Part shown: in pieces, positions 10,981-22,645 of the stretch | How positions within the stretch are numbered: the first letter of the stretch is position 1 | How the letters are laid out: each line of letters opens with the position of its first letter | Assembly (NCBI GenBank): GCA_018823125.1 | Contig: JAHJIW010000010.1 | Coordinates: 26,954-90,953 of the forward strand | Source: Candidatus Margulisiibacteriota bacterium | GTDB lineage: Bacteria > Margulisbacteria > WOR-1 > JAHJIW01 | Direction: 5' to 3' | DNA: 64,000 bases | The notes under the pieces: model-generated | The model's database searches: none | What the model was told of the DNA's origin: nothing | Seen by the model: only the letters and a program-made list of their open reading frames with translations | Position numbers and translations under genes: made by a program

Positions 10981-11628
10981 TTAGGGACGGCGGGAAGCGC
11001 GCTCACCCTTCAGTCTCAGCCGGCAACTATCACAAACTTCACAGGGTTTCTTGCCGCCCTTATAGCAGGACCAGGTTATATTGAGGGGAGCTTTTAGTTT
11101 TGTTCCTAAGCGGATGATTTGCGCTTTGGTTTTATGGATCAAAGGGGTTAAAATCCTAATCTTTTTCTTTTTAGTGCCTTCCTGGATCACTTTTTGGAAA
11201 GCTTGATAAAACCTGGGGCGACAATCGGGATAACCGCTAAAATCAATCGCATTGGCCCCGATAAAAATAGTCTCCGCACCTATCGCTTCGGCATACGAAA
11301 GCGCAAAGCTTAAAAATATAGTATTGCGTGCCGGAACGTAAGTTGACGGAATACTTTTTGCAATTTCACTCAGTGATCTTAAGGTTGGGACTTTTTTCTT
11401 TTTATCCAGTAAAGAGCTGCCTTTCCAAGGGAGAGAAATTTTCATTAATTGGAAAGAAACTTTTGCGCGCTTTGCTACCGCTTTTGCGGCACGCAACTCT
11501 CTTTTATGCCTTTGCCCATAATCAAATACTAATGCGAAGCACTGATAGCCTTTATCCTTGGCATAATATAATGTAGTGGTTGAATCTAAGCCTCCGGAAA
11601 GTAAAACAATTGCTTTTTTCTTTTTCAT
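10981..11628 (-). CDS. queC: 7-cyano-7-deazaguanine synthase
   Basis: SGGLDS, DYGQRH, PSTYVPARN, SGYPDCRP, C-terminal CY..C..CDSC. Confidence 0.95.
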   Translation of the reverse strand: MKKKKAIVLLSGGLDSTTTLYYAKDKGYQCFALVFDYGQRHKRELRAAKAVAKRAKVSFQLMKISLPWKGSSLLDKKKKVPTLRSLSEIAKSIPSTYVPARNTIFLSFALSYAEAIGAETIFIGANAIDFSGYPDCRPRFYQAFQKVIQEGTKKKKIRILTPLIHKTKAQIIRLGTKLKAPLNITWSCYKGGKKPCEVCDSCRLRLKGERASRRP

Positions 11629-11645
11629 GATGCTAATATTATAGC
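11629..11645. promoter_or_regulatory. overlapping divergent extended -10 promoters for queC and the macro-domain gene
   Basis: 17-nt gap; + strand TGc-TAATAT 6 nt before ATG 11646; - strand TGc-TATAAT 9 nt before ATG 11628. Confidence 0.55.
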
Positions 11646-12161
11646 ATGAGCGACAAAATCCGATTAATGAAAGGCGATATCACCACGGTAGCAGTTGATG
11701 CCATCGTCAATGCCGCCAATTCTTCATTGATGGGCGGCGGCGGTGTTGACGGAGCAATCCATCGTGCCGGTGGCCCTAAAATCCTTGAAGAATGTAAAGA
11801 ATACGTTAAGAAATCCGGACGTCTGCCAACTGGTAAAGCCATGATCACCAGTGGCGGAAATTTACCTGCAAAATATGTAATTCACACTGTCGGACCAGTA
11901 TGGAGCAGCGGCAATCGTGGAGAACCTGAAAAACTAAAAAGTGCATACTACGAAAGTTTAAAATTAGCCGCTTCCAAAGGACTAAAAACGGTGGCCTTCC
12001 CCTCAATTTCAACCGGTGTTTATCGTTTCCCGCTGGATAAAGCAGCACCAATCGCACTCGGGACAATTAAAGAATTTCTAAAAACAAATAAAACCATTGA
12101 AGAAGTAATCATGGTTTTATTTAACGAGGAAACTTATCGGGCTTATCAAGCGGCTATTTAA
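11646..12161 (+). CDS. ymdB: macro domain O-acetyl-ADP-ribose deacetylase (YmdB-like)
   Basis: GDIT, VNAANSSLMGGGGVDGAIH, HTVGP, FPSISTGVY motifs. Confidence 0.92.
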   Translation: MSDKIRLMKGDITTVAVDAIVNAANSSLMGGGGVDGAIHRAGGPKILEECKEYVKKSGRLPTGKAMITSGGNLPAKYVIHTVGPVWSSGNRGEPEKLKSAYYESLKLAASKGLKTVAFPSISTGVYRFPLDKAAPIALGTIKEFLKTNKTIEEVIMVLFNEETYRAYQAAI

Positions 12162-13431
12162 CGATGATCGCCCCGCGCTCCGCCCCGGTAGAAATTAAAC
12201 TAATCGGCACTCCGGCAATTTCGGAAATACGGGTTAGATACGTTTTAGCGTTTTGAGGAAGATCTTTGTATTCCTTACATTTTGAAGTATCTTCGGTCCA
12301 GCCGGCAAATTCCTCGTAGATTGGCTGACAGAGATTAAGTTTTTCGAGATCGGTCGGGAAATAATCAATTTTTTTACCTTTTAACTCATAACCAACACAG
12401 AGTTGCAATTTTTCTAATCCGTCTAATACGTCCAGTTTAGTGATAGCCAATTTAGTTAATCCGTTTACGCGTGATGCATGCGCCATCACTACCCCATCAA
12501 ACCACCCACAACGACGTGGACGTCCGGTTGTTGCTCCGTATTCGCCTCCCTTTTCTCGCAACTCATCGCCCAGCTTACCTTTCATTTCAGTGGGGAAAGG
12601 CCCGCCCCCAACTCTGGTTACATAAGCTTTAACTACACCAATAACCTCATCAATATCTTTCGGCCCTACTCCCGCCCCGCTACAGGCCCCACCCGAAATT
12701 GGGTTAGATGAAGTTACGTATGGATAAGTTCCATGATCAACGTCCAGCATAGTTCCCTGTGCCCCTTCTAAAAGGACATTTTTTCTGGCTTTTATCGCAT
12801 CATTGATTAAAACTGAAGATTCAATCGCCACAAACTTTTTAATGGCATGCGCATAACCCATATATTCATCATAAATACTATTAAAATCAAACTTGACGTC
12901 CATTTTATAGAAATTTTTGATGAGGAATGATTTTTCTTCGATATTCCAGGCTAGTTTTTGTTTGAAAATTTCATCGTTATATAAATCGCAGATTCTGATT
13001 CCGCGGCGGTTAAATTTATCGACGTAGCAGGGACCAATTCCACGGCAGGTAGTTCCAATGCGTCCGGCTTCGGCCTTTTTTTCCTGGGCCTGATCTAATT
13101 TACGGTGATACGGGAAAATTACGTGGGCCTGACTACTGATCCTTAAATTATCAACGTTATGGCCGCTGCTTTTTAGGGTTTCGATTTCACCAATTAATAC
13201 CGCCGGATCAATGACCACTCCATTCCCAATGACGCAAGCAACATTCTTAAAGAAAACTCCGGAAGGAATTAAGTGTAGTTTATAAGTATTGTCTCCGATG
13301 ACTACCGTATGTCCGGCATTATTTCCGCCCTGATAACGGACCACCATGTCCATATCTTTAGCTAAATAATCGGTAATTTTACCTTTTCCCTCATCTCCCC
13401 ACTGCGTTCCAACAATCACGGTTACAGGCAT
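12154..13431 (-). CDS. purA: adenylosuccinate synthetase
   Basis: QWGDEGKGK, GGNNAGHT, GTYPYVTSS, GATTGRPRRCGW. Confidence 0.98.
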   Translation of the reverse strand: MPVTVIVGTQWGDEGKGKITDYLAKDMDMVVRYQGGNNAGHTVVIGDNTYKLHLIPSGVFFKNVACVIGNGVVIDPAVLIGEIETLKSSGHNVDNLRISSQAHVIFPYHRKLDQAQEKKAEAGRIGTTCRGIGPCYVDKFNRRGIRICDLYNDEIFKQKLAWNIEEKSFLIKNFYKMDVKFDFNSIYDEYMGYAHAIKKFVAIESSVLINDAIKARKNVLLEGAQGTMLDVDHGTYPYVTSSNPISGGACSGAGVGPKDIDEVIGVVKAYVTRVGGGPFPTEMKGKLGDELREKGGEYGATTGRPRRCGWFDGVVMAHASRVNGLTKLAITKLDVLDGLEKLQLCVGYELKGKKIDYFPTDLEKLNLCQPIYEEFAGWTEDTSKCKEYKDLPQNAKTYLTRISEIAGVPISLISTGAERGAIIVK

Positions 13432-13494
13432 GCTTATTCTCCTTTAAAAAAGACAGAGTAGTTTACCAAAGATCAAACTGCTTTGCAATTAATA

Positions 13495-14043
13495 TTAAAA
13501 GTAAGGTTTAAAAGTAGTTAGTACTTTATAATATTGTGCAAGAAAGTCCGGGTCGTTTTTAGGCATCTCTACATAAAAACGGAAAATGCGGTCACCAACG
13601 GTATAATACACACTGTAGTTAACGTTATCTTTGGTTTCGGAGAAAACCCGGACGTCATCTTCGTAAATTTTAGCCACTTTAGGGGTTTCTTTAATGATTC
13701 CGTCTTTGAGCCCGGTTTCCAGAATTTTTTCAGCCTCAAACCGGGTTTTAGCTTCAACGATAAACACTTTATCCTCATTATTTTCTTCCGGATAAAAGAA
13801 AACCGGGTTGCGGCGATGTTTGCGGATGCCGTAACTTATCTTCCAGGTTTCAGGAATAAAAATGGAATAGCTTTTATTGAAATTTTTATACTCCACCCAG
13901 CCCGGATCATTGATGATTACGCGTTTACGCAAAGCCGAGCGGTGAATTTTAGGTCCTCTAACCAGATTAAACTCCCAGAGGCCGATCACCACCGCTAATA
14001 TCAATAAAATTAGAAAGTATAGAATCAGTCGATTTTTTCGCAT
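13495..14043 (-). CDS. hypothetical membrane-anchored protein, PsbP-like fold possible
   Basis: N-terminal TM; W..Y.N...YSIFIPETWK and terminal TFK pattern resembling PsbP-related domains; co-oriented between eno and purA. Confidence 0.6.
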   Translation of the reverse strand: MRKNRLILYFLILLILAVVIGLWEFNLVRGPKIHRSALRKRVIINDPGWVEYKNFNKSYSIFIPETWKISYGIRKHRRNPVFFYPEENNEDKVFIVEAKTRFEAEKILETGLKDGIIKETPKVAKIYEDDVRVFSETKDNVNYSVYYTVGDRIFRFYVEMPKNDPDFLAQYYKVLTTFKPYF

Positions 14044-14052
14044 GCTGTAACG

Positions 14053-17197
<3,145 letters not shown>

Positions 17198-17322
17198 ACA
17201 GGGGGTATTATAACACTAGCCGGCAGGATTTTGAAATTTACTTTTTCGGTCAACGGGTGTCATTTTTCACAACAGCTGCCTAAAAACACTGCAATTTCGC
17301 AGCCTCTTAAGTTCGATTAGCC

Positions 17323-17339
17323 TTGGCATAAAAGTTGCT
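17323..17339 (+). promoter_or_regulatory. putative sigma54 (-24/-12) promoter of two small ORFs
   Basis: TTGGCATAAAAGTTGCT, GG-N10-GC; 16/17 identical to the comEA site. Confidence 0.7.
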
Positions 17340-17413
17340 ACTAATAAAGCAAATCACAGTGTAAGTGTCGAAAAATACTATATTGACACCCATTAAGAAA
17401 GGAGTAAGATACG

Positions 17414-17596
17414 ATGGCACAAGAAGAACGACACACACAAATTATGTTAGAGGATATCAAGCACAAATTAAAAATTATTGCAGAAGGACACGAAATGCTG
17501 GCACAGAAAATTGATATAATCAGCGATAAAGTGGAAAGCCTTGACAATCGCATGGACTTCGCCGGATTGCCAAAACAATCATTAAAAAGCATTTAA
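17414..17596 (+). CDS. small coiled-coil hypothetical protein (60 aa)
   Basis: Strong SD (AAGGAG) before ATG; heptad pattern LEDIKHKLKIIAEGHEMLAQKID; downstream of the sigma54-type promoter. Confidence 0.65.
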   Translation: MAQEERHTQIMLEDIKHKLKIIAEGHEMLAQKIDIISDKVESLDNRMDFAGLPKQSLKSI

Positions 17597-17611
17597 TTGA
17601 GGTAATTAAAC

Positions 17612-17770
17612 ATGAATAAAGTAGTCATAGAAATTTCTAAAGAGACCATGGATCATATTAATGAATCATTGCTTGATATACTAGAAAGCCTAAAAAAAAT
17701 GAACGAAGTTAATCAAAAATATTTTAAAAAATGGAATATCCAGAAAAAACTAACTAAAGCGCAGCCTTAG
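17612..17770 (+). CDS. small hypothetical protein (52 aa, not in ORF track)
   Basis: GAGGT SD 8 nt before ATG; MNKVVIEISKETMDHINESLLDILESLKKMNEVNQKYFKKWNIQKKLTKAQP*; overlaps the hisS stop by 17 nt. Confidence 0.5.
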   Translation: MNKVVIEISKETMDHINESLLDILESLKKMNEVNQKYFKKWNIQKKLTKAQP

Positions 17771-18980
17771 TTTGATCTCCGGATTTCATATCCTTTACTG
17801 TAACCGCTTTCTGCCTCAGTTCCTCTTCCCCAATAATCACCGCAAATTTGGCGCCGGATTTATCGGCGGCTTTCATTTGAGCCTTAAAGCTTTTATTTTG
17901 GAAGTCCATTTCAGCCGTTTTGCCTTCGGCGCGGAATTTAGTCAGCAAACCAAAGGCAACTTCTCGGGCCTCCGCATTCATACAAACTATAAAATATTCT
18001 AAAGCGGGTTTAAGGTCTTGGCCCGCTACCTGATCCTTAATCAATTCCACAATTCTTTCCATTCCAACCGCAAATCCGATCGCCGGAATACCTGGCCCAC
18101 CTAAATCTTTAACCAGATTATCGTAGCGCCCTCCCCCACAGACCGCATTCTGCGCCCCCAATTTTTTGGAAACTACTTCAAAAACGGTACGGGTATAGTA
18201 ATCAAGCCCGCGTACTAGCCGCACCTTACTATTATAAGTAATGCCCCGAGCCTTAAGATATTTACAAACTTGCTCAAAATGCACTTTACATTCAGGACAT
18301 AAAGTTTCAGTTGCCGAAGGAACTTTAGTAATAAATTTTTGACAGCCCTTATTTTTACAATCCAAAACCCTAAGCGGGTTCATCTTCAATCGTTCTTTAC
18401 AATCTTCACAAAGTTCTTTTGCCTGTTTATTTAAAGTTTGCTTTAAGGCTTCAATATATTTAGGCTGACATTGCTTACAGCCAACCGAGTTTAGATCCAC
18501 TTCTAATCCTTCCAGCCCCAATGCGTTGAAAAGCTCCACTGCAACCGTAATCACTTCAACATCAACTTTAGGATCTAAAGAACCAAAAAATTCTAATCCG
18601 GCCTGATTAAATTGACGCTGGCGCCCGGCCTGAGGACGCTCGTAACGAAACATGGGTCCTAAATAATATAACTTTGCAATACTATCCGGAGAAATAAGAT
18701 TGTTTTGCAGCCCCGCCCTAACCACCGGCGCAGTTTCTTCGGGGCGCAGCGTTAAACTGCGGCCTTTTTTATCTAAAAAAGTGTACATTTCTTTGGTAAC
18801 AATGTCGGTGGTCGTACCAATACTGCGGGCAAAAAGCTCAGTCTGTTCAAAAACCGGGGTGCGAATCTCGGCAAAGCCATACTTTTCAAAGATTTTCCGG
18901 CAGACGTCCTCAATTTTTTGCCAGATTTTCACTTCTCCAGGAAGGATATCCTTAGTTCCACGAGGTAATTGATATTTCAT
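17754..18980 (-). CDS. hisS: histidine--tRNA ligase
   Basis: PRGTKD, KEMYTF, LRPEETA, FRYERPQAGR, VRGLDYY, GGGRYD. Confidence 0.97.
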   Translation of the reverse strand: MKYQLPRGTKDILPGEVKIWQKIEDVCRKIFEKYGFAEIRTPVFEQTELFARSIGTTTDIVTKEMYTFLDKKGRSLTLRPEETAPVVRAGLQNNLISPDSIAKLYYLGPMFRYERPQAGRQRQFNQAGLEFFGSLDPKVDVEVITVAVELFNALGLEGLEVDLNSVGCKQCQPKYIEALKQTLNKQAKELCEDCKERLKMNPLRVLDCKNKGCQKFITKVPSATETLCPECKVHFEQVCKYLKARGITYNSKVRLVRGLDYYTRTVFEVVSKKLGAQNAVCGGGRYDNLVKDLGGPGIPAIGFAVGMERIVELIKDQVAGQDLKPALEYFIVCMNAEAREVAFGLLTKFRAEGKTAEMDFQNKSFKAQMKAADKSGAKFAVIIGEEELRQKAVTVKDMKSGDQTKAAL

Positions 18981-19025
18981 ATGGCGGATTATAACACAGT
19001 TACATATATGTTAAAATAACTTCAT

Positions 19026-19616
19026 ATGGGACGCTTCAGGCACCTAGCCAACCCTTTTCAAAACGCACCGGAAGTCAAAGAACAGGACTTCAAAGCTATC
19101 TTTGGCAATGATCATCCGCTGGTTTTAGAAATCGGCATCGGATTTGGACGTTTCTTTATTGCCATGGCACAAAAGTTTCCAAATAATAATTTCATTGGCA
19201 TAGAAATCCGCAATCCTTTTGTAAAAATTATCAACGAAAAAATCGAAAAATTGGGATTGAAAAATGCCCTGGCCATTCACGCCAACGCAAACTTCAGCTT
19301 GACTAAAATTATCAATAAAAAATCAATTGCCGAAGTATATATTTTATTCCCCGATCCCTGGATTAAACGCAAGCACTTAAAAAGACGATTAGTGCATCTT
19401 CCATTTATTAAAGATCTATATAAAGTTTGCCGTCGCGGCACTAAGGTTCACATTAAAACCGATGAGGACTTCATGCATGCGGATATCAGCGCTAAATTTA
19501 AATCTGCAAAACTATTCAAAAAGATAAGGAACCCTAAACTACCCTTCATTACCACCCGCGAAAAGAAATATTTAGGTAAAGGCAAGAAGATCTGGCAGTT
19601 AACGTATCAGAAGTAA
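19026..19616 (+). CDS. trmB: tRNA (guanine-N7)-methyltransferase
   Basis: LEIGIGFG, FIGIE, FPDPWIKRKH.KRRL, KTD, TTREKK motifs. Confidence 0.92.
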   Translation: MGRFRHLANPFQNAPEVKEQDFKAIFGNDHPLVLEIGIGFGRFFIAMAQKFPNNNFIGIEIRNPFVKIINEKIEKLGLKNALAIHANANFSLTKIINKKSIAEVYILFPDPWIKRKHLKRRLVHLPFIKDLYKVCRRGTKVHIKTDEDFMHADISAKFKSAKLFKKIRNPKLPFITTREKKYLGKGKKIWQLTYQK

Positions 19617-19620
19617 AAAG

Positions 19621-20133
19621 TTACACCAGGTCAATTAAATGATCCCTAAAGAACCATTTAAAAACCGCAATCCCGAAAGCAACAAAGATTACAAAAAATA
19701 TGGTATTAAGAGAAAAAGGCGTAATGGTTAACGCCAGAGCAGTTCCGGCAGCCGGCGCATGTTCGTAATCTAAAAAGATCATTAAAAACATGGCAAAAGT
19801 GATCGAAAGCGCAGCAATCAAAACGTGCGCAACATTATCAAATAGAGGAACACTAACTACCGTCCAGTTTATACGGTAAAGAAATGACATGCTAACCCCT
19901 ACCAATATCCCAATTAAATGTCCTCCGATAATATTACGGGATCTGGCCATCCAGCTTTTGGGCATGGCAAAGGCAGTAAAGGCAGTAGAGCCAAAAGCCG
20001 CTACAATTACCGCCTCATCGTAGAGGTTAAAGATCATCAGAATTATGAAAACTGCTACCGTGGCTAAAAAACATTGCCAGATATAATTTTTGAGGTGCTT
20101 TTTTACCTTACGCGCATATACTTTCCAAAACAT
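19621..20133 (-). CDS. HPP family membrane protein
   Basis: AFGSTAF..FAMP, NIIGGH, HAPAAG motifs; multiple TM segments. Confidence 0.8.
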   Translation of the reverse strand: MFWKVYARKVKKHLKNYIWQCFLATVAVFIILMIFNLYDEAVIVAAFGSTAFTAFAMPKSWMARSRNIIGGHLIGILVGVSMSFLYRINWTVVSVPLFDNVAHVLIAALSITFAMFLMIFLDYEHAPAAGTALALTITPFSLNTIFFVIFVAFGIAVFKWFFRDHLIDLV

Positions 20134-20158
20134 AGTGACTATATGTTACAATAAATTC

Positions 20159-21298
20159 ATGAATTCTGCCAGAAAGATAATTGGGGTTTTATTTTTAATT
20201 ATTTTTTTGTTAAGCATGCTTGCAGTTGGAGCTTTCTGCATTGCGGAAGAAAATCCGGCCCCGCAAATCGAACCGCTCTTTGCCAAGGCTAAAGTCCTAA
20301 AGGTACATGCACTCGAAAGCTATGATGATTTCAGTCCGGTTAAACAAATTGTTACTCTAAAAATTTTAAATTCAAAATTCAAAGGTCAAACGATAACCGT
20401 AGAGCATATGCCCTCCACCATGGCTGGGATGGAAATAAACGTAAAAGAAGGCAATAAAGTCCTGCTCTGGATTGATGAACATCCTTCTGCCGCCGAAAGT
20501 CCCGACGGCAGCCCGCTTTTTGCAATTAGCGATTTTGCCAGAGATAATTATGCTTACTGGACAATATTAATATACGCCTTACTCTTAGTTATTCTCGGCA
20601 GACTAAAGGGCGTAAAAGCGCTCGCCAGTTTACTGATCACTCTTTTCCTCTTGTTTTTTGTGCTTTTTCCCTTAACCCTTAAAGGTTTTAATCCAATTCT
20701 AATCACCATTTTAATTGCGCTGGTCGTTTCGTTAGTAACCTTCCGCATTATCGGCGGAAAAACCAAAAAAATGATCAGCGCAACGCTGGGAACCTTTTCG
20801 GGTGTGCTTTTGGCCGGCATCATCGCTCTGCTATTCGGCAAACTAATGCATCTTTCCGGGATGTCTACCGAAGAGGCAAAAATATTGCTTTATTCTTTAA
20901 ATGTAAAAATCGATTTTCAAGGAATACTCTTTAGCGGAATCATTATCGGCGCTTTGGGCGCAATTATGGATGTCGGCATGTCCATTTCCTCCGCAATTAA
21001 CGAAGTACGTAAAGTTCACCCCGAAGCCAATTTTAAAAATCTTTTTGAATCCGGCATGCGGGTTGGCAGAGATATCATGGGAACCATGGCCAACACGCTG
21101 ATTTTAGCTTATACCGGCGGCGCCCTGCCCTTACTGCTTTTAATTATCGCCAGCCAAGCTTCAATTTCAAAAGTAATCAATCTGGAATTAATTTCATTAG
21201 AAATTTTAAGAGCCATGGCGGGAAGCATTGGATTAGTACTTTGTATTCCAATGACTGCGGCCATCGCCGCCTACCTTTACTCTCAAGAAAAAGCATGA
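20159..21298 (+). CDS. YibE/F family membrane protein
   Basis: IIIGALGAIMDV, G.DIMGTMANTL.LAY.G, GSIGLVL..P.T motifs; start refined to ATG 20159. Confidence 0.88.
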   Translation: MNSARKIIGVLFLIIFLLSMLAVGAFCIAEENPAPQIEPLFAKAKVLKVHALESYDDFSPVKQIVTLKILNSKFKGQTITVEHMPSTMAGMEINVKEGNKVLLWIDEHPSAAESPDGSPLFAISDFARDNYAYWTILIYALLLVILGRLKGVKALASLLITLFLLFFVLFPLTLKGFNPILITILIALVVSLVTFRIIGGKTKKMISATLGTFSGVLLAGIIALLFGKLMHLSGMSTEEAKILLYSLNVKIDFQGILFSGIIIGALGAIMDVGMSISSAINEVRKVHPEANFKNLFESGMRVGRDIMGTMANTLILAYTGGALPLLLLIIASQASISKVINLELISLEILRAMAGSIGLVLCIPMTAAIAAYLYSQEKA

Positions 21299-22545
21299 AA
21301 AAAATTGCCTTAAATATATTTCATCATCATTTCCACCTGAAAGTATCAGATCGACAGCTAAAAATTTATCCCGCACGGCTGGCTTTATTCACCGTTACCA
21401 TTATGGCAATTCTTTTTTGTTTTACGGTCATCGTCCGAGGATGCATAATTGCCGGACAGCCACAATATGAAATCATCGAAGGCACCATCACTTCGGGCAA
21501 GCCTTTTTACATAAGTTTACAAGAAGGCGGCATCTCCCACGAATCGATTCTTGAATTAACTGAATCGCTAAAAGGCATCTTAGATTTCGGAAATCTGCGT
21601 TTAAACGAAACCTTTAAGATTTATCGCCGTAAAGACGGAGTTATCCACAAATTTATTTATATCAAAGGACCATTTGATCAATATTACTCGGTACGCGATA
21701 AAGGAGGGGAATTAAGCACCTTTAAACCCGCCATTTATCTCAAGAAAAAAGTCTACGCCAAAGAATTTACCCTAAAATCTTCGCTTTTTGAAACCATGCT
21801 CGCGGGCGGTGAAAAACCAGCCTTAATCATGGAATACGTTAATATTTTTTCCTGGGATATCGACTTTTTTACTTTCCCGCGTGCCGGAGATAAAATAAAA
21901 ATTATTTTTGAAAAATACGAGCAGGACGGAGAATTCGTGAAATACGGCAAAATTTTAGCTGCGCAATACATAACCTCCTCAAAAACATTTTCCGGAATCT
22001 ATTATGAACCCGAAAAAGGAAAATACGGCTACTACGATTTAGACGGAAAGCCGGTAGAAAAACAATTTTTAAAATCCCCGCTAAAATTTACCGGCAGAAT
22101 CACCTCGTATTTTTCTTACAGCCGTTTCCATCCGGTGGTAAAAAGAAACATGGCCCATTACGGGGTTGATTTTGCCTCCTATTACGGAGCCCCGATTGTA
22201 GCTGCCGCATCCGGCAAAGTTACCTTTACCGGATGGAAAGGCGCTTACGGATATGCCGTCATGATAAGACACGCTAACGGCTATAAAACTCTCTACGGCC
22301 ATTGCAGTAAAATGTTAACCTACGCCGGAGCATACGTAAATCAGGGACAAACCATTGCTCTGGTTGGCAGTACCGGTTGGTCAACCGGACCGCACGTGCA
22401 TTACGGTATGTACATAAATGATGTTCCCCTTAATCCATTAACCATCACTAATAAACCTAAAGGTAAACCGCTTCAAGGCCAAAAACTTGCTTATTATAAT
22501 GTTATTAAGAATAAATACTTAAAAGAACTCGAAGCTTTAAAATAG
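21295..22545 (+). CDS. M23 family peptidoglycan DD-endopeptidase (MepM-like)
   Basis: HYGVDF, YGH, GSTGWSTGPHVHY zinc motifs; WDIDF central domain; ATGA overlap with the upstream gene. Confidence 0.9.
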   Translation: MKKIALNIFHHHFHLKVSDRQLKIYPARLALFTVTIMAILFCFTVIVRGCIIAGQPQYEIIEGTITSGKPFYISLQEGGISHESILELTESLKGILDFGNLRLNETFKIYRRKDGVIHKFIYIKGPFDQYYSVRDKGGELSTFKPAIYLKKKVYAKEFTLKSSLFETMLAGGEKPALIMEYVNIFSWDIDFFTFPRAGDKIKIIFEKYEQDGEFVKYGKILAAQYITSSKTFSGIYYEPEKGKYGYYDLDGKPVEKQFLKSPLKFTGRITSYFSYSRFHPVVKRNMAHYGVDFASYYGAPIVAAASGKVTFTGWKGAYGYAVMIRHANGYKTLYGHCSKMLTYAGAYVNQGQTIALVGSTGWSTGPHVHYGMYINDVPLNPLTITNKPKGKPLQGQKLAYYNVIKNKYLKELEALK

Positions 22546-22645
22546 CTAATAAATTCCGCTTGCGTTTGCCTCCAATTTTTATATAATGATATGCCCGGGA
22601 GCACTTAAATCACAACAACCCCACTAAATTAAGGAGAATCAGTAG

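Noticed and set aside
10981..12161. queC next to a macro-domain gene as a possible anti-phage system (Qat/Dpd-like)
   Set aside because: Both are canonical-length housekeeping types, divergently transcribed, with no ATPase, TatD, nuclease or other defence genes nearby.
13534..13998. 154-aa plus-strand ORF and the many other 60-160 aa overlapping ORFs in the track
   Set aside because: Antisense or alternate-frame shadows of well-supported genes, with no SD, motifs or protein-like composition.
13495..14043. PsbP-like protein as a relic of photosynthesis
   Set aside because: Fold assignment is weak, and PsbP-like domains are widespread in non-phototrophs.
17198..17413. Possible T-box or riboswitch upstream of aspS (also checked hisS, glyQ, purA, purL)
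   Set aside because: No T-box consensus or aptamer pattern seen; for aspS, hisS and glyQ a -10 box directly precedes the start, leaving no leader.
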